Source: Octopus bimaculoides
Taxonomy: Eukaryota
NCBI RefSeq assembly: GCF_001194135.2
Contig: NC_069007.1
Coordinates: 5,905,643 to 5,937,789, forward strand
Reading direction: 5' to 3'
DNA: 32,147 nucleotides
The notes under the pieces: generated by a model
What the model saw: only the letters and a program-made list of their open reading frames with translations
What the model was told of the DNA's origin: nothing
Database searches by the model: none
Shown: positions 1 through 9,869 of the stretch, piece by piece
Layout of the letters: each line of letters begins with the position of its first letter
Position numbering within the stretch: the stretch's first letter is position 1
Translations under genes and position numbers: made by a program

Positions 1-47
<47 letters not shown>

Positions 48-103
48 CATACATACACACACACACATATATATATACATACATATATATATACACACAC
101 ACA
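1..103. repeat. Compound (TA)n/(TACA)n/(CA)n microsatellite
   Basis: Directly visible at the window start. Confidence 0.95.
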
Positions 104-105
104 TA

Positions 106-720
106 AATGGTATCAATAACCAACCCCCTATAACAATACAAATGCAACATACTATGGTTCAATTCCAGTTTCAGTCTCAGTTTTAAGATAAATCTCAACT
201 TGCAATTTTTTCACATTAATGACAAAACATTTCCCCAAAAGCCACAGTTACCGCTAAATATTTTTTTATAGAAACAATGTTAAACTAACTATGCATTTCA
301 AACATCAACTCTAAAATCTGTTCTACATCAACAACTCTGGATCTCACCAACATGCAACTGCTTTAACTCCACAAACTGTTTACACAATGGTATACACCTG
401 GAAAATTCATTAGTGTTCTGTATAGATGTTTTCAGTGTCAACTCCATGAGCTAAAACACAACACTTTTAAATCTAGACGCTACCAACACAACCACTCCTT
501 CAGAGTAACAAACTGGCTCTTCTAACTACATATGGTCAATAAAAGACCAACAGCATGCCAACTTTAATATGAAGTAGAGAATCATGCACCATATTAAATG
601 ATATGATCATGATGGAAACTACTAAATGTGGTGCCATTCTGGATAAACCTTGAACTGAAAATAATAATGTTCTTCTGCTGACATCACAGATTCAGGTACC
701 AACTTAAAAACTTAAAAGCT
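106..720 (+). pseudogene. Decayed Penelope-like element (PLE): RT-thumb/linker and C-terminal GIY-YIG region
   Basis: Manual translation across frameshifts and stops gives PPYNNTNATYYG, NFFTLMTKHFPKSHSYR*IFFYRNNVKL, CNCFNSTNCLHNGIHL, NTFKSRRYQHNHSFR, SNYIWSIKDQ and FFC*HHRFRYQLKNLK. These follow the order I recall for PLE C-termini (WFNPPY..KHFP....KIFNRNxVK..CNC....CPLxGxC..TFKxRY..H..SF..YIWxLK..KCRH). Not in the ORF track because it is fragmented. Confidence 0.7.
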
Positions 721-857
721 ATCAAGAATATCATCCACATGTCTATACATCCTGCCCTCTTTACAATACCCACGACACATACCCTAAATTCTGTATTGCT
801 TTTTGATACCCACAGCACACATCCTGGATCTGGATCTTCCATTACTTATCCTTATTA

Positions 858-1146
858 TCATCATCATTACCATTTAATGTCTGCTTTCCATGCTGGCTTG
901 GATTAGACTGTTTGACTGGGACTGGTGAGCTGGAGAGCTGCACCAGGCTCCATTCTGATTTAGTTTGGTTTCTACAGCTGGATGCTCTTCCTACCACCAA
1001 CCACTCGAAGAGTGTAGTGGATGCCTTTTATGTATCACTGGTATGGGTCCCTTTTATGTGTCACCAGCACAGGTGCCTTTTATGTGTCACCAACGTTGGC
1101 CACAGCTATGATTTCACTTAGCTCGATATCTCTTCTCGAGCACAGC
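858..1146 (-). mobile_element. SINE-like family B, diverged copy
   Basis: Reverse complement of the family seen at 16728-17049 and 19668-19832 (TTTCCATGCT.., TTTCTACAGCTGGATGC.CTTCCTA), with a (CAT)n tail at the left end. Confidence 0.8.
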
Positions 1147-1365
1147 AATTCAAATAAGGCCTGGAACTACCATCACATCTTCCCCATGAAGAATTTCAAA
1201 CCCAAATGTCTTACTCCAAGGATGTTTGTTCCTTAGGCCTATATTGCTCATATATATTCTGAAATCCCCAATCCCCACCTCTGGTCTTGTGATTGTTATT
1301 TGTGATGATCCCACCATCTTAGTACAATATAAATTACACTCACATTACACCACTAATATATATTT

Positions 1366-1505
1366 GTGGCTATGTGGTTGATGACTATATGTAAGGTTCC
1401 AGGTTCAATCCCATTGTGTAGCACCTTGAGCAAGAGTCTTTAATTATTGACCTTGGCCAATCAAAGCCTTGTTGATAGATTTGGTAAACAGAAACCAAAA
1501 GAAGA
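1366..1505 (+). mobile_element. SINE family C 5' half, diverged, followed by (CA)/(TA)/(TG) microsatellite at 1513-1582
   Basis: GTGGCTATGTGG...GGTTCAATCCC...GCACCTTGAGCAAG...AAAGCCTTG aligns with the head at 20583-20745. Confidence 0.75.
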
Positions 1506-1513
1506 CTATCAGT

Positions 1514-1581
<68 letters not shown>

Positions 1582-1585
<4 letters not shown>

Positions 1586-1850
1586 GCATAATAGCCCAGT
1601 GGTTAGGGCAGTAGACTCGTGGTCGTAAGATTGCGCTTTCAATTCCCAGACCGGGCGTTGTGAGTGTTTATTGAGCAAAAACATCTAAAGCTCCACGAGG
1701 CTCCAGCAGAGGATGGTGGCGAACCCTGCTGTACTCTTTCACCACAACTTTCGCTCACTCTTACTTCCTGTTTCTGTTGTGCCTGTATTTCAAAGGGTTA
1801 GCCTTGTCACACTGTGTCACACTGAATATCCCTGAGAACTACGTTAAGGG
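1582..1850 (+). mobile_element. tRNA-derived SINE family A, cut by assembly gap
   Basis: Near-identical to the reverse complement of 28833-29212, with A-box-like TAGCCCAGTGG and B-box-like TTTCAATTCCC. Confidence 0.9.
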
Positions 1851-2150
1851 NNNNNNNNNNNNNNNNNNNNNNNNNNNNNNNNNNNNNNNNNNNNNNNNNN
1901 NNNNNNNNNNNNNNNNNNNNNNNNNNNNNNNNNNNNNNNNNNNNNNNNNNNNNNNNNNNNNNNNNNNNNNNNNNNNNNNNNNNNNNNNNNNNNNNNNNNN
2001 NNNNNNNNNNNNNNNNNNNNNNNNNNNNNNNNNNNNNNNNNNNNNNNNNNNNNNNNNNNNNNNNNNNNNNNNNNNNNNNNNNNNNNNNNNNNNNNNNNNN
2101 NNNNNNNNNNNNNNNNNNNNNNNNNNNNNNNNNNNNNNNNNNNNNNNNNG

Positions 2151-2286
2151 CTTTATTTAAAAGCAGCAGAAATATAACAAAAAAACCGTTACTCTGAGTT
2201 TCACGTTCCCGTTCATCGGACAGAACGGGAACGTGAAACTCAGACTAACGGTTTTTTTGTTATATTTCTGCTGCTTTTAAATAAAG
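2151..2286. repeat. Near-perfect palindrome: 64-bp arms (2151-2214, 2223-2286), 8-nt loop
   Basis: Arm 2 is the reverse complement of arm 1 with one mismatch (GAGTAAC vs GACTAAC). Loop is ATCGGACA. Confidence 0.95.
2186..2223 (-). ncRNA. Minimal type I hammerhead ribozyme candidate (U4C core variant)
   Basis: Minus strand reads CUGU-CCGAUGA-ACG(GGAA)CGU-GAAA-CUC(A)GAG-UA/ACGG. It has stem I (CUGU/ACGG), stem II with a GGAA loop, a quasi-palindromic stem III (ACUC-A-GAGU) and a GUA cleavage triplet. The core differs from CUGANGA at one position. Confidence 0.6.
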
Positions 2287-2297
2287 TATATATATAT

Positions 2298-2340
<43 letters not shown>
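2287..2340. repeat. (TA)n(GATA)n microsatellite
   Basis: Directly visible. Confidence 0.95.
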
Positions 2341-2341
<1 letters not shown>

Positions 2342-2642
2342 CTGCATCGTCCGTAAATATAAATTCGAAAAAGGAAACACACTATAAGTTATAGAGCAGT
2401 ATAAATTAAAGTTAGATAAGGCCAGTTTATGAGGTTACCTTAGGTTTCACATCCATAAAGGGCCTGACATTATGGCATATCATCAGTTCCCAAAACCTGT
2501 TGGCTAAAGGGCTCTCCAAAATATGGAAGAAGAAATGAGCTTATTACATAAATATGCACACACATATATGTCTGCATATGCATGTGCATGGATACCAACT
2601 TTAGACAATGATAATGTTGATGACATTGGTAAATTCATGTTC

Positions 2643-2651
2643 GTGTGTGTG

Positions 2652-2716
<65 letters not shown>
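2643..2716. repeat. (TG)n microsatellite
   Basis: Directly visible. Confidence 0.95.
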
Positions 2717-2718
<2 letters not shown>

Positions 2719-2864
2719 ATGTCCATGATTTTGCTATCCTGCAATGGTTGTAAACAAGCATAATTACCATCCGTGTGATGTTGTTTGCTTCCAGTCTTCT
2801 GTGAAAAAAAAAAAAAGAAAAAAGAGAAACGTGTCTGGCCAAGGAGAAATATTACCTTACTTGG

Positions 2865-3195
2865 GAAACAGGTGAGGGTTGGTGATGGGAAGAGCATCCA
2901 GCCGTAGAAATTCTGCCTCAATGAATTTTGTTTGATTCATGCAAGCATGGAAAAGTGGATGTTTGGATGATGACGATTATGATGATGATGATGGTATGAT
3001 GATGGTGGCGATGATGATAAAGATGAGGAGAGGAAGACAATGATAATGATAATGGGGATGACAATGACACCAATGATGATGATGATGATGACAAAGATGA
3101 TGATAGTAATGATGGTGGTGGTGGTGATGAGTTGGAGGAGGGTAAGATAATGATAATGATGGTGATCACCACAACAACTACAACAACAATGATGA
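2865..3195 (+). repeat. Degenerate family B 3' fragment running into a (GAT)/(GGT)/(ACA) trinucleotide mosaic
   Basis: GGGAAGAGCATCCAGCCGTAGAAA and GCAAGCATGGAAAAGTGGATGTT match family B, followed by a cryptic trinucleotide tract. Confidence 0.6.
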
Positions 3196-3433
3196 TATTT
3201 GCTCGTTCATTTATTTATGCATTTATGAAGCCTTTTTATATTTTTTTAATAATTTTTTTGCATAATTTTTTCTTCATTTTTATGGTTTTAATTTTTTTTT
3301 TTTTGTTTCTGTTTTACAACGTCTGCAAATGTTAACCTTTAAACAACCACCAGTTATTACAAATATTTTTAAATGACGGCAAACTAAATCTTAAATAATT
3401 CTAAAAAAAAATTATTCTATTCTCCATAATATT

Positions 3434-3464
<31 letters not shown>

Positions 3465-3682
3465 TGCATGATTTCTATGTTTTTCATGTATTTTTTTATG
3501 TATTCCCTTGTCATGTAGACAGAGATTAATTAAGCATTCATATGTGTTTTTATATTCAAAAATCAATATATTTGTTGCATACAAACATTTATATAACATT
3601 GTGACCATCCATACATTTGGATTTCACTAATCTGTATTTTGATAATTTTGGTCATATTTTTGCATCTTTATATTTTTACATA

Positions 3683-4692
3683 TCAGGTCATCCCATAAGT
3701 TCAATCCGATTTTACCTTTTTTAAAATAGAATGAAATTTAATAGTATTTTAGAATGCCTAATGGAATTAAAAATTATTTTTATGCATTTGTGTACATTTA
3801 AACTAATTAAATATAATTTTACAGAATAATAGAATTTAAATTTCTTTGATTAAAACCCTTTCTAACATGGAAGTACCCAAAGAGCATTTAAGGCACATAA
3901 TGCTTTATGAGTACAAAAATGGAAACTCTGCAGCCGAAGCGACTCGAAACATACACTCAATTTATGGGAAAGAATGCTTGAATGAAAGAATTTGCAGAAG
4001 ATGGTTTGCAAAATTCAGAAGTGGAGATTTCAGCTTTGAAGATGAAGATCGAACAGGACGTCTAGTTGAGTTTGATGATAAGCTCCTTGAGGCATTGCTT
4101 GAAGAAAATCCTGCATTATCAGTTGAAGAATTGACAATAAAGCTTAGTTCAAACCATACAACTGTTCATTGTCATCTTCTACAACTTGGAAAATGGGCGC
4201 CTCATGAACTGTCCAAAAGCAATCGCAAATCCCGAGTTGACATCTGCTCTTCTCTCCATTCTCGCAAACTCATTTCACACTTTTTGGACAGACTTGTGAC
4301 TGGTGATGAAAAATGGATCTTCTATCAAAGTGTTAAACGTCGTAAACAGTAGCTTGGTAAAAGGGAAAAAGCTCAACCACAACCGAGAAGGGACCTTCAT
4401 GGAAAAAAAGTTCTTCTCTCTATCTGGTGGGATTGCAAAGGAGTAATTCACTTTGAATTGTTACCACCTAATGCAACAATCAATGCTCAAGTCTATTGTC
4501 AGCAATTAGAGCATTTGAACCAAGCTTTGAAGAAAAAAGACCCACTTTAGTGAATCGAAAAGGAGTGATGTTTCCTCAGAACAATGCACAACCCCACACT
4601 GCAAAGACCACATCACCAAAGATCAAAGAGCTTGGTTGGGAAAAAATTCCTCATCCAACTTATTGTCCCGACATTCCTCCTTCAGACTACCA
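3683..4692 (+). mobile_element. Mariner DNA transposon 1 (candidate left TIR present, 3' end lost)
   Basis: TA followed by TCAGGTCATCCCATAAGT at 3681-3700 resembles a mariner left end. A transposase follows and ends abruptly at a SINE C fragment. Confidence 0.8.
3867..4690 (+). pseudogene. Mariner (DD34D) transposase pseudogene
   Basis: MEVPKEHLRHIMLYEY (HTH), WAPHEL, LVTGDEKWIFY, stop at 4350-4352, KVLLSIWWD, a frameshift in an A-run near 4545, QNNAQPH (HDNARPH with D to N) and PHPTYCPDIPPSDY. Confidence 0.93.
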
Positions 4693-5013
4693 GGACTTAT
4701 TCTTTGTTAGCCTAGTATTTATTCTATCAGTCTCTTTTGCTGAACTAACTGCTAAGTTACGGGGATGTAAACACACCAACATCAGTTGTCAAGCAAAGTT
4801 GTGGGGGACAAACACACATACACAAATACACACACACACACATATATATACAACGGGCTTCTTTCTGTTTCCGTCAACCAAATCCAATCACAAGGCTTTG
4901 GTCAGCCCAAGGCTATAGTAGAAGACACTTGCCCAAGGTGTCACGCTGTTGGACTGAACCCGGAACCATGTGGTTGGTAAGCAAGCTACTTACCACACAG
5001 CCACTCCTGCACC
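4691..5013 (-). mobile_element. SINE family C with internal (TG)/(TA) microsatellite, 3' tail missing
   Basis: Reverse complement of the 20583-21245 element: head GGTGCAGGAGTGGCTGTGTGGTAAG, internal repeat at ~4815-4850, body ends at AAGTCCTG. Confidence 0.9.
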
Positions 5014-5040
5014 TATATATATATTATATATGTATATATA

Positions 5041-6250
5041 TTAGGTTGAATCATAAATAATTTCCAGGTATTTTGGAAGTGAATTGTAGCGATGCATTTC
5101 AAACTTCAAGTGTTCAAAATTGAAATGGAAACTACTGTTTTTAGAAGAACCTCATCTATCATTCATATTTAAGCAATGAAAGCATACACAACATAGTTTC
5201 ATATTAAATTTCACTCTCCTGAAATGGATGATCTGAAGGTTTATATCTGACATGTGATATTATGGGAGCTTAAGAATGGAAAAAAACATCACATAAACGG
5301 CCGAGTAAACATGCAGTGTTTGTGGCCAAGGTGTCATTACTGAATGGTAAGTGTGAAATCGGTTTCCAAAGTTTCATTCTGGAAATTTGTCATTGAGAGA
5401 TCAACTCAGACCAGGAAGCTCATTAGATTTTGGTCAAGGTGCTTTAGTAGAATTAGGGGAATCAATCCTTGTGAAAGAATTCGGGAATTAGCAATTGATT
5501 TCATCACACCCAATCCACCCTCGGCCGCCACTTGGAAAAGAAATGCAATATCAGTAAATGGGGTGCTGATGTTCCCCTTACTTTTTATAGAGAAGAATAG
5601 GGAAGATCACATATCCAGAGTGACAAGACTTCTTTCAAGGCAGAGAAATTACCTGCTTCTCAACAATATCAGTACAGGTGATGAAAATTGGGGCTTCCAT
5701 GACCGTGTTCAATGCAAAAGGTAACGGATTAACAATGATAAATCTCCACAACTTATCTCAAAGGCTGAGTTCCATTCAAGGAAAGTTATGTTGCATATAT
5801 GATGGGAACACAGCAGTAGTTTTCATTCGAGTCTTTCGACTGCAATCAAACACTAAATGCCAGCTTATACTCTCAAAATATGCAACATGTGAATGAAAAT
5901 CTTTTAAGGAAATGCCCTGCACTCATCGATAGGAGAAATGTTGTGCTCCTCTATGATAATGCAAGACCACATCTAGCAAGAATCAAGCTGGATAAAATAT
6001 TGGATTTGGGTTGGTCTGTTCTACCCCATCCACCATATTCACCAGAACTTACACCAGCTGAGTTCCATCTTTTTCACTCTCTACAAAATGCTCTGATGAG
6101 GAGAAACTTTCCTCCAGATCAGGCGAAGATGTAAGTGGAAAACGTTTACATGTCGAAGCCAGGTGAAATTTCACTCAAGAAAAATCAAGAAAGCTACATG
6201 ATAAATGGTAAGAAGTCATTGAAAATAATGGCAAATATAATGATAACTGA
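5041..6250 (+). pseudogene. Mariner DNA transposon 2 (different lineage), transposase pseudogene 5224-6250
   Basis: TA+TTAGGTTGAATCATAAAT candidate left end. Translation gives MDDLKVYI*HVILWELKNG, STGDENW, LLYDNARPH, LPHPPYSPELTPAEFHLF and ENNGKYNDN*, with many stops and frameshifts. No right TIR recognised. Confidence 0.88.
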
Positions 6251-6378
6251 AAATAATTCTTGGTAAAATTTTTTCATGAGTAAAGATGTTTAACAAAATC
6301 AATTTTAAGTTTTATTAGAAACTATCAAAAAATTGTTAAAACATTTTGTGTATTGTAGAATTATAACCTATTTATTGC

Positions 6379-6434
6379 TGATAACACATGCTGAGGATGG
6401 GTAACCACCCAGAAACTCGAGTCTATGTGTATCA
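6379..6434 (+). ncRNA. Minimal type I hammerhead ribozyme with canonical core
   Basis: Stem I ACACAUG (6384-6390) / UAUGUGU (6424-6430), extended by UGAU/AUCA after a 1-nt bulge. Core CUGAGGA at 6391-6397; stem II UGGGU(AACC)ACCCA; GAAA at 6412-6415; palindromic stem III ACUCGAGU; GUC cleavage triplet at 6421-6423. Confidence 0.85.
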
Positions 6435-6585
6435 CATAAAGTTAGAGATGGGAACGATGACCTCCCCTCGCAAATACTAATTGATCACAGAATGTGTGTC
6501 ATTAGACAGCTAGAGGAGATGCCTTCCTGGGGTTGTAAACATCAGTAGCACTGTCCTGTATAGCATGCCACACTTAGTTGGAAAA

Positions 6586-7222
6586 AATATATATATATAT
6601 GTATACATATGCATACATATGTACATACATATATACACACATATATACATATATACATGCATACATACATTATGCACGTACAAACATACAGACATTAAGA
6701 CATACATAAATACATACCTACCTGTAATATACAGATATATGTGTAACACACATACTCACATACATTTATACATACAAACATACATACATACATTACACAC
6801 ATACATTTATACATACATATAGACATACATGTACACAAACATACATACATACATACATACATATGTACATTACACACATACATTTATACATACATATAGA
6901 CATACATGTACACAAACATACATAAATACATTACACACATACATATGTATATTACACACATACATTTATACATACATATAGACATACATGTATACAAACA
7001 TACATACATTTATACATACATGTATACAAACATACATACATAAATACATACATATGTACATTACACACATACATTTATACATACATATAGACATACATGT
7101 ATACAAACATGCATACATACATACACTCATACATATATATACATGTATTTACATATATGCACATATGCATACATAAATACATACATACACGCACTCACAC
7201 CCACACACCCACACACACACAC
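6586..7222. repeat. Complex (TACA)n/(CA)n tract with a ~50-bp higher-order unit
   Basis: TTACACACATACATTTATACATACATATAGACATACATGTA(C/T)ACAAACAT recurs at ~6793, 6870, 6952 and 7061. Confidence 0.9.
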
Positions 7223-7488
7223 GATCTCAGAGTTTCCTTGGAGAAAACTTCTAAGAGCAGCAATTTTGATATAAATACTCCAAATTTATCAGCTTCCATT
7301 AGGTTTAAATCATTCCAATTTACTTCTTATCTTCGCACATTTCTCTTCTGACTAATAACTATATCATGATGTCTATTGAACACAGCATGTGCTAACTTCA
7401 TGATATCACATTTAGGATTCCTGTATTCCACTTTGTTTTGCATATTCTCTTTTACTGTTCTATAATAAGTGCTGTCATGGCTGGATGT

Positions 7489-7529
7489 GGAGGCGCAATG
7501 GCCCAGTGGTTAGGGCAGCGGACTCGTGG
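7489..7529 (+). mobile_element. Isolated 5' head of SINE family A
   Basis: GGAGGCGCAATGGCCCAGTGGTTAGGGCAGCGGACTCGTGG matches the family A start; similarity then stops. Confidence 0.8.
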
Positions 7530-7799
7530 ACTAAGATCCTCATTTACAGGCTAGTGGTATTTATAGAGTGTTAAACACTTTCAGTATTCAACTTAAGAGA
7601 CTCCTTCATAGAGTAACTGCTGCATTTGTCGAGTATATAAACAGTTTGGCTACTTGTTTCTCTGAGGACTCTCAGAATGATGTAGACACCTCTGATGAAA
7701 ACCCAATAAGGCTAGAAAATCAATTAAGTTTGTTCATCATTTTTTCAGTCTGCAGAGAAATGGCTAAAATTTGCCCTGTGTATAATTATACCATATGTT

Positions 7800-7834
<35 letters not shown>

Positions 7835-7936
7835 GATATTATAATATTAGGGAATGTCAAAATCCAAACTTACAAGGATATTAAATTTAGTAATATCAAA
7901 TTGAATTTTATAATAAAAAATATATGAATAATATGG

Positions 7937-8783
7937 AGAAGAACCACCAAGATGCAATCCAAACAATGAAGGAGATCAGACACCAACAAGAAAAACGTAC
8001 TCTACAAAATACTAATTTAAAAATCTATAAAATCTAAAAGAAAAGTTAATAATCCATAAAATCTGTAAAATATTAGATTAAAAATTTAATTCAGTTTAGT
8101 AAGTTTGCAAAAAAGAAAGTGAATTATAGACTATGTGCGTTTCGTGGCCACATAACAGTAGAACAAATTTGTGCAATTTACAATAAATCGATCAAGATAA
8201 ATTCCATTCAGAATGAAGTCACTCTTCAGGGTCACTCTTCAAGTCTTTATAAATTCAAAAAACGTATCCTACTATTTAAAGAATATAAATAAAATAAAAT
8301 AGGAATAAAGTAGAAATATCTGTACATGTAGGAAAGCTATTATTAGTACAATACATAAAATGTCAAGGTTTAATAATAATAATCTTTCAAGTTAAAGGCC
8401 TATTTCGTCTAATGAAGAAATGCTTTCTGTAGATTAAGAATAGGAAAACATAAAAAGATAGTGTTATTAACTAATAAATGAATTCGAACGTTTAACAGTA
8501 TTAATAAAATAAACGGCATCACTTACCTTATCGAAGATTCCTTGTTGACTGTAGTGTTAACCTTAAAGCATGGAGTTTATATGACGTGTGTCACAGGACA
8601 ATATGGTTTCCTCCATGAACTCAAATATCAAACTTGCTATATAGAATCTAAAATATATAAAACATGTGACAATATGGCGTCATAAGGAGAAGAAGGAAGG
8701 ACTATTATAATGGATAAAAGGACAAAATATGTATAATAAACAGGAAACTAATCAGTAGAATGCTATTTAGTGGAAGAATAAAA

Positions 8784-8830
<47 letters not shown>

Positions 8831-8968
8831 TTTTAGATTTTTATTTTAGATTATTATTATTATTCTTTTAGATTTTATAGATCTTTTAATCAGTATTTTA
8901 AAGAGTACGTTTTTCTTGATGGTGTCTGATCTCCTTCATTGTTTGGATTGCATCTTGGTGGTTTTTCT
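7937..8968. mobile_element. Non-coding foldback element with ~106-bp terminal inverted repeats
   Basis: 7937-8043 is the reverse complement of 8863-8968 with about 7 mismatches by eye (core AACCACCAAGATGCAATCCAAACAATGAAGGAGATCAGACACC). The interior is AT-rich with no ORF and an (ATT)n at ~8788-8830. Confidence 0.7.
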
Positions 8969-9152
8969 TTAAATTATCAATACACACACACATTCTGAGT
9001 TATTTTACAGGACTTAGAAAAACCGAAGGACCACTGCAATAAGTGTGAGAACCCAAGAGGGGAATATGTTAAATGAAATCATAATTAACTGATCCTCCTG
9101 TATTTTCTTTTACTCAAAGCCAGGAACCTTTCAGCACCCCCTCGTATGATAA

Positions 9153-9316
9153 TTACAAGGCCTTAAATTTTGAGGGGGAGGGCTAACTGACTACATCATC
9201 TCTGGTGCACAACTGATACTTTATCAACATTGAAAGATAAGAGGCAAAGTCAACCTTGACAGAATTTGAGCCCAAACCATAATTTGCCAATGTTGCTCCT
9301 AGCTTACTGCCTTTAT

Positions 9317-9392
<76 letters not shown>

Positions 9393-9831
9393 ACACAGAT
9401 AGAGAAATTAAGGCAATTAGACCAGATATAATTGTCAAAGATCATGAAGGAAAAAAATGCTTTCTAATTGATGTATCAATACCAGCAGATGACAACGTTT
9501 CCCTAAAAGAAATGGAGAAACTTTCAAAATACAAAGACCTGGAAATAGAGGTAACTCGAATGTGGAATCTAAAAACAGAAACAATTCCTATCATAGTAGG
9601 CGCCTTAGGTATAATAAAAAAAATATTCAGACAAATACATAACAAAAACACCAGGACTTACAAATATATATAACATACAGAAAATTGCACTACTGGGCAC
9701 TGCACACATCCTACGCAAAACACTTTCAATACAGTAACCATAAGAGCATCACAGCAAACCACAGCACATACCCAAGGCACACAGAGCTGCGCTCGGTAGT
9801 GAAGTGAAAGCACGTTATAAAAATAAAACTA

Positions 9832-9869
<38 letters not shown>

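Noticed and set aside
6093-6110. CTGATGAGGAGAAAC
   Set aside because: Lies in mariner coding sequence (NALMRRN); no stems.
7684-7732. CTGATGA...GAAA hammerhead-like spacing
   Set aside because: Stem II pairs poorly, there is no stem I and the cleavage triplet is unfavourable; at best a very old relic.
8515-8640. Minus-strand AG/GTAAGT donor at ~8523-8531 suggesting a host exon
   Set aside because: Upstream frames contain stops, there is no clear acceptor, and the site lies inside the foldback element.
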